Assembly: GCA_951406725.2 (NCBI GenBank)
Contig: OX597824.1
Coordinates: 26,722,001-26,786,000 of the forward strand
DNA length: 64,000 bases
Direction of reading: 5' to 3'
From: Octopus vulgaris
Lineage: Eukaryota
The position numbers were made by a program, and so were the translations under genes. Positions within the stretch are counted from its first letter, which is position 1; each line of letters starts with the position of its first letter. This document shows positions 37,921 to 51,817 of the stretch, one piece after another. Below the pieces are notes generated by a model. It worked only from the letters and a program-made list of their open reading frames with translations. It was not told the origin of the DNA and made no database searches.

Positions 37921-38126
37921 TAACTATGTTACAATACTGTTTTTGTTGCGATAATGTCTTGTTAAAAAGAAATAATCTTAACAATTATAAAACTTAAAGC
38001 TCCGCTCCACATACACACAAAAAAAAGCATTATAAGTTTACAAAAAATTTTCCTAAAATATAGAAATATGGGCTAAATTCATATTCGTAACCTAGCTTTA
38101 TTTTACGCTCCAATTTATCGAGTAAT

Positions 38127-38162
<36 letters not shown>

Positions 38163-38376
38163 GATTTTTTTCCGCTCATAAAAGACATTAGATGGTATCG
38201 TTAAAATGTTATCTTACTTATTTTCGCCCTCTCCTCAAATGAAACTATTGTAATGATGCGTGAAAACGAATTGGTTTCACTACAAAACTTAAACGTCTAA
38301 GTGCAGTTATTCTGCCATTCAGTATCATGAGAAATATGACAAGACATGAAATTATAAATTGATATGGGATGGATGG

Positions 38377-38756
38377 AAGCACGCCGTCGGTTACGACGAC
38401 GAGGGTTCCGGTTGATCCGATCAACGGAACAGCCTGCTCGTGAAATTAACGTGTAAGTGGCTGAGCACTCCACAGACACGTGTACCCTTGACGTAGTTCT
38501 CGGGGTGATTCAGCGTGACACAGAGAGTGACAAGGCCGGCCCTTTGAAATACAGGTACAACAGAAACAGGAAGTAAGAGTGAGAGAAAGTTGTGGTGAAA
38601 GAGTACAGCAGGGATCACCACCATCCCTGCCGGAGCCTCGTGGAGCTTTTAGGTGTTTTCGCTCAATAAACACTCACAACGCCCGGTTTGGGAATCGAAA
38701 CCGCGATCCTACGACCGCGAGTCCGCTACCCTAACCACTGGGCCATTGCGCCTCCT
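38377..38756 (-). mobile_element. SINE family C, full length, 13-bp TSD
   Basis: Highly similar to 16156-16539; TSD tataaattgatat on both sides. Confidence 0.9.
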
Positions 38757-38829
38757 ATAAATTGATATAACCCTTGATTTTCAACTAACCATTCATTTAC
38801 CTGGCAAAAAAGAAATTTCTATAATTCAT

Positions 38830-39702
38830 CTTTTATCTTTTATTTAATGTATTCATTGGACTGCAGCCATGCTGGGGCACCAGCTCGAAGTGTTTAACCG
38901 AACAAATCAATTTGTGTCTTTCTATATGTGTTTATCGCTCTCCATTCACTGTTTCACAAGCTTGTTAGCTTCTTTACGTCTTCGTAACTTAGCGGCTCGG
39001 CAAAAAGAGGCGACAGAATAGGTACCAGACTTTAAAAAGGAAATAACTACTGGGTCGATTCGTTCAACTAGACCCCGTCAAGTCAGTGCTCCAGCATGGA
39101 CGCAGTTCAAAAAGAAATGAATATAATCCTCGGTGTGACAGCGTGGTAAGAAGTTTTTTATGATTCCCAACCACATGACAGTGGGTTCAGTCCCTGTGCA
39201 TAACACCTTGAGTAAGTGCCTCCTAATATAGCCCCAGTTTCACCAAAGACTTATGAATGGATTTGGTAGATGGAAATTGAAAGAAGCCTATCGCATACCG
39301 TGTGGTAAGAAGCTAAATGCGGAGGAGTGGCTGTGAGGTAAGAAGCTTGCTTCCCAACCACGTGGTTCCTGGTTCAGTCGTGCTGCGTGGCTCCTTGGGA
39401 ATGTGTCTTCTACTATAGCCTCGAACCGACCAGAAGCTTCTGAGTGGATTTGGTAGACGGAAACTGAAACAAGTCCGACGTATGTATATATATATATATA
39501 TACATATATATGCATATACATATGTGTGTATCTCTGTGTTTGTGCCCTCACCATCGCTTGACAACCGCGGTTCGGCAGAAGAGACCGATAGAATAAGTAC
39601 CAGGTTTACAAAGAATAAGTCCAGGGGTCGATTTGTTAGACTAAAAGCGGTGCTCTAGCATGGCCCCAGTCAAATGACTGAAAGAAGTAAAAGAAAAAGA
39701 AT

Positions 39703-39739
<37 letters not shown>

Positions 39740-39882
39740 TTCTTTTACATATTTTAGTCACTTGACTGCGGCCATGCTGAAGCACCGCCTTAAAGGGTTC
39801 TTTGTAAACCTAGTACTTATACTTTAGTCTTTTGCTGAACTTCTGCGTTATGGGGACGTCAGCACACCAATATCGGTTGCCA

Positions 39883-39885
<3 letters not shown>
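38830..39885. mobile_element. Cluster of SINE B pieces in both orientations (fullest copy 39318-39705, +)
   Basis: Multiple family B heads and tails. Confidence 0.8.
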
Positions 39886-39923
<38 letters not shown>

Positions 39924-39924
<1 letters not shown>

Positions 39925-40686
39925 CGGCATAATACACTCCGGTATCTTATATGTAAGTATATATTTATCTAAATCTTGTACGACTCTATTCTCTTATTCT
40001 TTTATTCTTTTCTTCTTCTATCAGCCCTTTCACGCTTATTTCGTTCAATCCACTCTTCGTTCTTTTGTTTCCTCTCTCTCACATTTCATTGCTTTCTCTT
40101 CATGCTCACTTTCCCTCCTGCTTTCACTTCACTGTGTCCCTGTCATTTTTCTCGCCCCTCCTTATTTCTTCTGTCCCTCCGCCTCTACCTCTCTCTCTTC
40201 TCTCCCCACGTGAATGGTGTTCGGCCAAGCCCGACCTTTCTTTCTTGGTTCGGCCGTTGTCCGTGCAACATCTATATTTTTCCCTGTACCTGTGAAATCT
40301 TATATCCCTACCATAAGACATTACTTCCACACACGCCAGCTTAATTTAATTCGTCCTTAGTCGAAAGACACCTGTTCTTATGTCCTGTTATTTGTATTTG
40401 TGTAACTTTCTCCGTTTTTTTTTCCGTCCTTGTTTTCGTATACATTCGCTGCTTTCTTCCAAGGAATCTAATGCTCTTAGCCTAGTTTTTCCTTGGGGCT
40501 GGCCAGATTGGAGCAATCTTGAGTATAACCAGCCGAAATTGCAAAGATTATCTGGAACTCGACTGAGGAAAGAAAACTCCGAATGACCGGACCTCGTTTT
40601 CTTTGTATCGTCTATCTGGACGTTTTGCTTTCCCTTTCTTGTATCACCTAACTGTCTGGATGTTTTGCGTTCTTGTCCCATTTTGT
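39924..40686 (+). mobile_element. (TA)n-embedded non-coding element with structured 3' part, probably derived from a Penelope-like element
   Basis: Bounded by (TA)n, with a pyrimidine-rich body and hairpins at 40459-40534. Segment 40530-40620 is homologous to 58168-58290. Confidence 0.5.
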
Positions 40687-40754
40687 ATATATATATATAC
40701 ACATACATTTTGTATACAAATAAATAAATACATATATTCATACAAATAAATAAA

Positions 40755-40800
<46 letters not shown>

Positions 40801-41803
40801 CACGCATACGTACATATCTATGTGCGTTTACTTATCTATGTGTGTGTGTTATTTATATCCCTTCCTCTCCAACGCTAACGCCAGTGTTAGTTTGTTTAGG
40901 TCCCTGTAACGTAGCTAACATAGCGGTTCGTCAAAAGGACACCAATAGAATATGTGTGAGACTTTAAAAAATCACTAGGGTCGATTTGTTCGATTAAACA
41001 TTTCAAGACGTTGCCCCAGCATGACCGCTGTCTAAAGGCTGAAAAAAGTAAAAAAATAAAACAGTTTGGCATCAATTTGAAATGAATTTGCATAACCAAT
41101 CCGTAGACATATTCTAATAACCATTGTCAGCTGCAGAATTCATACGAAACCATATTGAAAAAAAAAGTTGCTTTCTATAAACATTCACATCTGATTTCCA
41201 GTTGCATGCACAGAAGATTCAGAACGTTTAAATTTTGTAAATCATTTGTGAAATAAATATGAATACGTAAAGCAAAGAGTGTCATTTCTCCTTGGAGCTA
41301 AAACGAATTTTAACGGATTCATAAAGAGTCCATTGTCTTTTGTTTTCTTTTTATTTTTCATTTTGCCTTGCACTAAACTTGCAGTTCTTGAATAATTCAA
41401 TATTTTTGAATTTCCTTATATTTTTTTTTTCTAATACGAATCTTATAATTACGGTAAAGAGAATTATATCATTCAATGAGATCGATTTATCTCATAAACA
41501 ATGTCGTTCTCGGATAATGGTAATAATAGAGCCGTTTAAAATTTGAAATACTATTATTATGGACTGTTATTTAAGACGTTTAGAGTTTTAAGCTGCTGTA
41601 TATTTTTTGCCTGATGTGTTTAAAAATTATGTGTCTGTAAGCATGTATATTCACATACGCACACGTGATCGTACCACGCACGTACGCACACGCACACAAC
41701 ACATACACAGTGTCATACATGTGCGCATGTGCGTGCGCACAAGTATATGGGAATTCATATATGTATTTAAAAAGAAAGACGTATATAAAAATGCATTCAT
41801 ACG

Positions 41804-41855
<52 letters not shown>

Positions 41856-41881
41856 ATATATCTATACCTGCATCTATCACA

Positions 41882-41957
<76 letters not shown>

Positions 41958-42142
41958 TTGTCTGTCTCTTCGCAAGTGTACATTCCAGTGCAGGTTTACA
42001 CCACTCCTTCCGTCTTAGATAAATATACGTCTGCCATTTTCTTCAAGTTCGGTATCCGTCTGTTATTTCCGTTCTTCCATTTTATTTTTCTTGGAAGTAA
42101 ATATATCTCATGTTTTATATTTTTCTTAAGCCTTAGGCGTAA

Positions 42143-42176
<34 letters not shown>

Positions 42177-42351
42177 CGAAAGTAGGGCTGTACGGTTGAG
42201 AAGCTCGAGTTGTGACCTTGCAGTTCCGGGTTCAGTCCCGCTACATGGCACGCTGAGCAAGCATCTTCAACTATAGCCTCGGGTTGACAAATGCCTTGTG
42301 AATGAACATTGTAAGAGGAAACCGTGTGTAAGCTCGACGTATACTTATCTG

Positions 42352-42416
<65 letters not shown>

Positions 42417-42574
42417 ACTGCTGTGTATACTTAAATACATACATACACACATACACATACATACACATATATATGATATGCGTGTGTGTGTGTATGCGTA
42501 GATATATATATGTGTGTGTATATATATATGTGTATGTATGTATATATGCGTATGTATATGTATATATATATACT

Positions 42575-42698
42575 GGCCTGATCGCTTAGCCAGTGGGATG
42601 GCGTCATTTGAAGGCTAAAAAAACAATGCGAAGCGCAATGTGACCAGCGATGTGTATCAATATCTGATAGCCTGGTCGGTCACGGTGATCACGGTGAC
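42575..42698 (+). repeat. Unclassified repeat family D (probable retroposon 3' end)
   Basis: Homologous to 50355-50461 (+) and, more weakly, 51475-51570 (-): tggcgtcatttgaagg...gtgaccagcgatgt...atctgatag.ctggtcggtcacggtga. Confidence 0.75.
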
Positions 42699-43119
42699 CA
42701 TATGACATACGTATGTTTGATCTCGACTTTAGGTTGTCTGCTTCGTGGCAACGTAGTGATTTGGCAAAAGAAATCGATAGAATACGTACCCTATCAAAAA
42801 CAGGTATTCAAATCTGTTTGATAGACTAAACCATTCAAGGCAATGCCCCAGCGTTGCCGTAGTCCAATGACTAGAAACAAGTAAAGGATAGATGATAATA
42901 GATAGTAGAGAGAGAGGGGGAGAAAGAGAAAAGTTGAATGTGTATGTATATGCATATATACCAATACATATATATATACTCACATGCATACCGATCTATC
43001 TATATAATGCATACATACATGTGCACATATATACATCTATACATGTACATATAAATATATATATACATTTTTATATTACATACATATATACACTGAATAC
43101 ACAATAGACTACACAATAA

Positions 43120-43299
43120 CAAGCCTATTAACACGTGTACATTCGTCCATATTTCCGATCTGTTGTTTGCTAGTAATTCAATCATATTTTCGTACAGATT
43201 ATTATCAATTGAAATAAAACATTCTATTGCCTGCCAAACAAATTGAATAATCTTACTGGCACAGTGATATCGTTTCTCCCTCGACTTCAATCGTTATAT
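43120..43299. repeat. About 180-bp near-identical duplication, copy 1 (copy 2 at about 46896-47074)
   Basis: aagcctattaacacgtgtaca...ctcgacttcaatcgt with about 4 substitutions. Confidence 0.95.
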
Positions 43300-43350
43300 T
43301 CCTCCAGAGGAGCCAATCGTCCATTATACTCCTGTAATATATGCTGTAAC

Positions 43351-43956
43351 TAAGGTGGAGAGCTGGCAGAAATGTTAGAACGCCGTGCGAAATGCTTAGC
43401 GGTATTTCGTCTGCCGTTACGCTCTAAGTTCAAATTCCGCCGAGGTCGACTTTGCCTTTCATCCTTTCGGGGTCGATAAATTAAGTACCAGTTAGGCACT
43501 GGGGTCGATATAAACGACTTTATCCGTTTGTCTGTCCTTGTTTGTCCTCTCTGTGTTTAGCCCCTTGTGGGTAGTAAAGAAATAGGTATTTCGTCTGCTG
43601 TTACATTCTGCGTTCAAACTCCGCCGAGGTCGACTTTGCCGTTCATCTTTTCGGGGTCAATTAAATAAGTACCAGTTACGCACTGCGGTCGATATGATTT
43701 ACTTAATCCCTTTGTCTGTCCTTGTTCGTCCCCTTTATGTTAAATCTCTTGTGGGCAACAAAGAAATATGAAACGTTAGAACGCCGGGTGAAATGCTTTC
43801 GTCTGTTTTTACAATATGAGTTCAAATTCCACCGAGGTCGACTTTGTCGTGCATCCTTTCGGGTCGATTAATTAAGTACCTGTTACGTAGCAGGATCGAT
43901 CTAATCGACCGCCTCGCTTCCCCAAAATTTCGGGCCTTGTGATGGAGTAGAAAAGA
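43351..43956 (+). mobile_element. SINE A trimer (two tail-2 units plus one tail-1 unit) with outer TSD
   Basis: TSD aatatat(g/a)ctgtaacta on both sides; internal junction aagaaatag-gtatttcgtctg. Confidence 0.9.
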
Positions 43957-44029
43957 ATATATACTGTAACTACTGTATTTAGTGCTTGTATCACCATATG
44001 TAAATGGTTTGCATCATTCCTGATTTCGT

Positions 44030-44472
44030 ATTTTCACACAAGGCCAGTAATTTCAGGGAACAAGGGAAGACGAAAAAAATTTCTCCTCCCGCCCAGTGCT
44101 TAATAGGTATTTATTTCATCATCCCTAAAGGAGGAAAGGGCATGTGGAACTTGCTGGAATTTGAACTCAGAACGTAAGGGTGGATGAAATACTGCAAAGC
44201 ATTTTGCCTGGTATGCTAATGATTCTGTAAGCTCACCGTCTTATCCAGATCTCATAATGCTGCTTTGAAATTTTGGCACAAGGCCAGCAATTTCGAGGGA
44301 AGGGTAAGTTGATATCATCGGTCTCGGTGTTCAACTAGTACTTATTTTATCGACCCCAAAAAGGATGAAAAGTAAATTCGACCCCGGAGGAATTTGAACT
44401 CAGAATGGGAAGACGAACGAAATGCCGCTAAGCATTTTGCCTGGCGTGCTAACGATTCTGCCAGCTCACCGA
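44030..44472 (-). mobile_element. Two tandem SINE A (tail 1) copies
   Basis: Two reverse-complement head-to-tail matches. The duplicated flank tta(t/c)ccagat(c/t)tcataat follows each on the + strand. Confidence 0.85.
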
Positions 44473-44784
44473 CTTACCCAGATTTCATAATATTGCTATG
44501 TCGATAGTAACACACAGACGCGGCGGACACTTATACAAACTCATATACATACATACATACATACTTATATATATATATATACATACAGAGATAGCTAGAT
44601 AAATGGATATATATATATATATATACAAACATACACACACGCACATGTGTGTATATATATATATATATATCCGCCATTGTGCTTCGAACAGTTGTTGGAC
44701 TATTCTAGGGGGTGAAAGCTCTTCAGAATATTTAGCCGTTTATGTTTTTTTAAAGTATTTATATATTATTTTCTCTAACTATTT

Positions 44785-45235
44785 ATAGGCAACATCAATC
44801 CCAATTTAATTTACATATAAATCTCAAATATCAATATATAATTGATATTTCCGATCAGATTATATCTGTATCTCGAAGGACAGTGGTATCTATCTGCTCA
44901 TTATCGACTGACGGCTGTAAGAATTTAGATGCAGGATTGAGTTACAGGATAAAATAATTATATCACTAGGGATACATAGATATCATTCACAACGATTTGA
45001 GGTATCGCCATGGAATAAAAGAAAGTAAAAAAACAAGCAAAAGCAGTAAAATATATAAAAAAAGAAACAACAATAAATGTAAACCAGACATTATGAAGGC
45101 TTATGGTGGTTAAGAACTATGGTAGTGGGTCTCTACAGGATAATAATAAGAACATATGCCGATAATTTATCGTGTATGTTTACATCTGTACATCAGACAA
45201 TTGTGATATTTAGAAATCTATAAAGTACAACATAA
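44785..45235. repeat. Unclassified interspersed repeat, copy 2
   Basis: Homologous to 35272-35660. Confidence 0.8.
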
Positions 45236-45439
45236 CACACTCGCACGCTCGTATTCGCAAGCATAATTACAGGAAGTCAGTTTTGTGTGTGTGTGTGTGA
45301 GTAAGTGTATGTGACTGTGTATGTGTATGTATATGTGTGTGTATGTATGTGTTTATGTGTATGCCTCTTTCTATGCACGGGTGAGTGCGCCGTGCGATAA
45401 TACCCATTCTATAGTGGAAAACATACATTCATTAACTGA

Positions 45440-45490
<51 letters not shown>

Positions 45491-45694
45491 GAGTGGGATG
45501 ACCACTATGTGGACAACCCTTATGCTAGAAGTAGATCAGCTATGGTCTTACCACTAAGAAATGTTCTCAAGCAAATTTAGTAAACACCAGAACGTAAGCG
45601 AGCAAGACAAATGAAAAGTAACAAAAATATAGATTAACCATAAACAAAATGAATATCCAATTTTTCACCCTCATTTTAAATTTATATATATGTA

Positions 45695-45787
<93 letters not shown>

Positions 45788-46592
45788 CTATATCTATCTA
45801 TAAATATATATATATATATAATGTCGAACGATGAAATGAGGTACTTGCTGCACAGTGGGATTAGGCCTTAAACTATGTGATCGCAGTGCAAAATTCTTAA
45901 CCTCACAACCATCTCAGCGCCAAGAAGATGCATCTAAAAACGGAAACACGGGTACTAAAATAAAGAGCGCACTTGGAGTGGAATATCTGCTCGCCCATCA
46001 AGTAAATAATCAAGCTACGTGGTTCAAAAACGGAAACATGTCATAGATTTTGTGTTTCAAGACAGCCCCATACTGAATCGATCGCCAGACGTGAAAAGAC
46101 AGCTTTTTTTGTGTTTTACTTTTGATAATATTTCGAAGACTAAGAGCTACAAACTGACTAAAGGCGAAATATCAGGTAAAGACACAATGTTTGGCTGTAC
46201 AGCACCCTTCTTATCTCAATCACCTCGTACTCCTCGGAAACGTGGAAAAATGTCGATTAGAAATGCTTTGTTTACGGAATAAACTTGAAGAAATGATAGT
46301 TGTTCTCGTACGAGATATACAGTAACAAGACAATATGAAATAATTCTAACACCTAACAAGTAGCATAATGTTTTCTTAACACTTAATTTGGTTTCAGCTA
46401 TAGTTAATGCATTAATATTCGTAGCTAGAACTGTTTTGACATTTCGTGTCTCGTCAGTGCAAAGTATTTTAAGGGAACAATGAGTGGGCTTGAGGGTTCT
46501 GAATTAGACATACAATTCAACAGGTGAATGATATGTATCAATGTATGTGTCTGCACGTATATATATTTACATATATAGATACATATGTACAC

Positions 46593-46636
<44 letters not shown>

Positions 46637-47314
46637 ACACACACACACATATATCAGAATAAAATTACATACACACACATATACACACATACATACATTC
46701 ATACATACATGCATGCATACATACATACATACATACATACATACATACATACATACATACATAAATACATACATACACAATATACACAGGCATCTATGTG
46801 TATTTTTAGGCAAGTAGCGAAATTACTATTTTGCTATGAACTTCTGTTGTTTACAGATATGTTTTGACATATTTTTGTACTAATTTTCTTACAATAAGCC
46901 TATTAACACGTGTACACTCGTCCATATTTCCGATCTGTTGTTTGCTAGTAATTCAATCATATTTTCGTACAGATTATTATCAATTGAAATAAAACATTCT
47001 ATTGCCTGCCAAACAAATTGAATAATCGTACTGCCACAGTGATATCGTTTCTCCCTCGACTTCAATCGTCATATGACTCGAGAGTGGTGGAGAATATTAT
47101 GGAAAGTCGAGAGAGATAGACTTATTGTATTTAGAATTTGTAGTACGCACTTTCAAGTTCAAATCTTCACAGGTTTCTTATTAATAATGCTAAACACACA
47201 AATGCGGAGAGCTATCGGAATCGTTAGCGCACTAGAGAAAATGATAAGTGGGAACTCGTCGTGTTCACATTACACACACATGCACGCACACACACACACA
47301 CACACATACATTTC

Positions 47315-47386
<72 letters not shown>

Positions 47387-47389
47387 CAC

Positions 47390-48597
47390 TTTGGTAGTGC
47401 AATATATGGATTCAAATAATCATTCGGCTATTGCTGGAGTTCCCTCAAGCGGACTCAACTAGCAAAACACAGCGTTAGCCAAAGCAGAGGAGTCCCATGC
47501 AGCCGAAACCCGGGAGATACGATTAAACGCTAACTGACAATCGCTCACATTTCTTTGTTTTATGACAATTAGTCAGTCCAACTTTTAGTCACTCGACTGG
47601 TGGTCGGAATCCTTCCACAATATCCTCCTTTTTAGAATCGGTCTCTCCTATCTTCTCCCCTTTTAGGAACTGAACTCTGCTCAAAGTTTCCATATCTCTT
47701 ACGCTTATGGTTCAATTCTAGTGGGAAAAATTCAGTACACACTGATTTTATTATTCTTTTCTTTACGAACGCAGTTGGTGATGCCCATTCAGAGTATTTT
47801 ACTTTTCGGTTAGCTCCAGTTTTTTGCCAGTCTCTCTAACTCTGTGCTAACGCTGCGAATGGTACCCTTCGATTTTTTTTTACTGTTGGTATGGCGTTTT
47901 CTTATATTTGAAACCGTGCCTTCGTTTTCGTACACAGACCTAAGTCATCGGACAAAACTTCAGGAAAAATATTAAAAATTATCTTTCAATTCGTCTAACG
48001 ACTTATTTGTACTGGAGGAAAAAACATTTATTGGAAGGCCTCATAAATTAAACAATTCCGTCCAGTCAGAGCTGATCAAATTTGTTGTATTATTTTAGCA
48101 CAAACAATTTAGCCTTTAAGGTTTTTTTCACGAAATGTACTGCCACTTATTAATTCGGGCATTTTTCGAGGTTTCATTTAATTTAGATCTCCCGATCTGT
48201 TTCCATGTATCTTTGCTAATTATTGAGATATCGCTGCCTCTAGCTTTACGTTTGTGTTATTAAATTTTACGTACACAAATTTTCTTTGAGTCTCATTCAT
48301 ATTTCTTGTTATCGATAATCCGTTTACGGGAAATTTTCTGTTGAACAGCTTTTTAGGTTCTGTTCTACAATGCGACATTTTTGACCTATTTTACCACATT
48401 TATAGCATTTTATATTTTTTAACAGACTGGTATTTTTAAAATGTAGACTACCGCACTCATAACATGGATTCGGTCTTGACATTTTTTTCTCTTGTTTCTT
48501 ATTTGTTACTGGTCGACATGCCTGAATCTGAGAGCGATCTTTCTCAATTTTATTTGCGTTATGTCGGAGATTAATAATCCTCTCACATTTTTTGCTA
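47390..48597 (-). mobile_element. Degraded Gypsy (Mag/K02A2.6-like) LTR retrotransposon: gag knuckles, protease, RT start, PPT and 3' LTR
   Basis: Minus-strand pieces: YECGSLH...KCYKCGKIG; KFVYVKFNN..VKL..GSDISIISKDTWKQIG; FPEVLSDDLGLCTKTKARF...RRVPFA...ELERL...YSEWASP..VK..NNKISVC. Purine tract aaaaaggagga at 47633-47623 is followed by an LTR-like tattgtgg...ctacca. Confidence 0.8.
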
Positions 48598-49132
48598 CTG
48601 CCTGTTATACATGGAGGAGGACCTGTGATGATCTGGGGGTCTATATCTTGGACACCCGCCGGCCCAATGGTTTCCCGTCATGGCAGAATTAATAGTCAAG
48701 ACTATTTAAGCATTTTATCTGATCAAATTCATCCTATGTTTGCGGAACTGTTTCCAGAGGGAAACGCAATCTTTCACAATGATAATGTACCAATTCACAT
48801 AGCTAAATTGTTACTGAATGGCACGAGGAACATTCTAGTGAATTGAACATCGTATCTGTCCACCACGGTCTCCAGATCTCTATATTATTGAACATTTATG
48901 GTGCATTTTAGAAAAACATGGAGTCAATATCCTCCACCATCATCACTACAAGAACTGGAGACTGTTTTAGCTGAAGAATGGACAAAAATAACTTTGGAAA
49001 CAATTCTAATTTTGTACGAGTCTATACCTCGTAGAATTCAAGCTGTAATTACTGCTAGAGGCGGTCTTGCCCCATATTAAAATTAATTTTTTTGAAATTT
49101 TAAGGTGTTTCCATTATTTTGTCCGATCTCTG
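48597..49132 (+). mobile_element. Tc1-family transposon 3' half (degraded DD34E transposase plus right TIR)
   Basis: VIHGGGPVMIWGSIS...GRINSQDYLSIL...IFHNDNVPIH, PPRSPDLYIIEHLW, EEWTKI...LYESIPRRIQAVITARGG..PY*. TIR ggtgtttccattattttgtccgatctctg followed by TA. Confidence 0.92.
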
Positions 49133-49951
49133 TATATATATAAAATTCCGAGACAAAGTATGTCTATGCAACCACTAACACTAAATCCACACACACACAT
49201 ACCAAGACAAGCGTAACGACCGCTACCATCACTATCAATACTGTCTCTGACACCACCACCACCACCACCAGCCCACAGTCACCATCACCACTGCGACTAC
49301 CACGGCATCTAGCCGAACTAGGCAACCCAGATATGTCGTCTTTATCTAGTGCGCCATGAAAACTTATCGTTTCATCATAGTCAGCATTGTGTAGTGAAAC
49401 GTAACCAACAAAAGACCTAATGACACCAGCACTAGACCTCCCCAAGGCTGATAAATTGGCCAGAGCTATTTACGAAATGCTGCGGGATTTTGTAGAGAGA
49501 ACTGGCTGCAAATCAATGCAATGTGTCATAGCTATGACCTTTAACTGTTCGAACAAAGGTCACCGAAAGGAGAGATTTACGGTGGCCTTTTCGGTAATAT
49601 TCTTCAAATAATAAAATGCACAGTCACTCTTGTTACCGTTGTCCGTTTCTTCTCTGATTGTTGTGTACTTAGCAACGACCAGTTACGCGTAACGACGCTA
49701 TTTCTTATCCTACTTTCTATCTCTGTCTGTCACTCTTTTTCTATCGATTTATCTACTTCTGTGTCTGTCTGTCTCTCTCTCTCTCTTTCTCTGTCTCTCT
49801 CTGTCTCTCTCTGTCTCTCTCTCTGAGGCATTTATCATTCTATGCTGCCTGTTCTTTATTTTACCTTATTTTATGTTTCGAAATCCATTTCTACGCTTTA
49901 AAAAAAATTGAGTGCACACTTGCTTAATGGTTGAATTTGTAAGGTGTGACG

Positions 49952-50345
<394 letters not shown>

Positions 50346-50456
50346 ATATATATATGCTCGCTTTGCCAGCGGGGTGGCGTCATTTGAAGGGTAAAACAAT
50401 GCGATGCGCATTGTGACCAGCGATGTTAGCAACATCTGATAGTCTGGTCGGTCACG

Positions 50457-50502
<46 letters not shown>

Positions 50503-50589
50503 TATATATACATACATATATACATACATATATATATTTCTATGTATGTAAACATAAATATACATGCTTATACATATACATATGTAGTG

Positions 50590-50641
<52 letters not shown>

Positions 50642-51343
50642 GTGTATATCCTTAAAAAGGATATACACATATGTATATATATATATGAATATATAGAAAG
50701 ATACGTATGTATCTATCAATTTATATATATGTATATATATGTATATTTGTGTGTGTTTACGTACATATATATATATCTGCGCGTACGTGCATATATGTAC
50801 GTGTGTGCGCGCGCGCGCGCGTGTGTGTAGTTATTTATGCATATATGTGTGTGTGTGTGTGTGTTTTCTATACGGAGTTTTTAATCAGCCGCAACATCAG
50901 TAAATAATATTTTGTAAATCTTTCCTATAGCAGAGGCGCCGAATTCTCGTAGGGCATTTGACAAGCTGCGAGTAAGCGCCATTGAAAAAAAGCAAAATGT
51001 GCTTCTAACGCACCTGTTAGCAGCTGTTGCGATGAATATATATCTCTCTTATGCTTTTTTTGTATTTAAGGGAGCGAGCTGGCAGGGTAGTTAGCATGCC
51101 AGGCAAAATACGTAGCAGCATTACGCACATCTTTGCGTTCAGAGTTCAAATCCAGTCAAGGTCAACAGTGCTTTTCATTTTTTTTTCGGGGTGGATAAAA
51201 TAAGTACCAGTTGGGCACTAAGGTCGATGTGATCGACTTCCCTACACCCTCGAAATTGCTGGCCTTGTGCCAAAACGTGAAACCAATATTTAAAAAAGTA
51301 TTTTTTAATTTTTAATGATAATGAAACAAATGTCTCCAAACAA

Positions 51344-51430
51344 ATGGTTGGGGGAGTACTTTTTGAACTAGAGGATATCAGGAAAAGGTGGAGAGAGTAC
51401 ACAGGAAACCTGTATGGAGATAAAAGACTG
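51344..51430 (+). mobile_element. RTE-clade LINE ORF2 fragment
   Basis: GGVLFELEDIRKRWREYTGNLYGDK resembles the RTE/BovB EAEDIKKRWQEYTEELY segment. Confidence 0.55.
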
Positions 51431-51817
51431 AACCGAAAAGGTGTCACCATCCAACCATAGCGATTAAAGATTTTGTGACCAGACAATTGGATGTGGTCAT
51501 GTATCGCTGGTCACAAAGCACTGTGCACCATTATAAATTGCGAATGATGTCCATTCCACTAGTTAGGCGTGTAGGCAAACACCACCCTTGATCAGAAGGC
51601 TAATCGGGCGCAGGGTTGCCCATTTACACCTCAGTGAACTAGTATCTATATATTCCTGTATATACATACAGCAACAAGAAGTTTTGTCAGTGAACAGATC
51701 GCGGTTTCAAATCGACGAAAATATTTTGACACAAATTAGGTTTTATTGGTGAAGTGAATTTAACGTTTTTTGCGTGTTTTTAAATGGCTTACAAACACCT
51801 TCCACGCTGCAATTATA

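Noticed and set aside
43260-43333. Minus-strand exon candidate SIMDDWLLWRNITIEVEGETISLC with GTAAGA donor
   Set aside because: The acceptor lacks a pyrimidine tract, and the duplicate copy has a weakened donor (GTACGA) and different upstream sequence.
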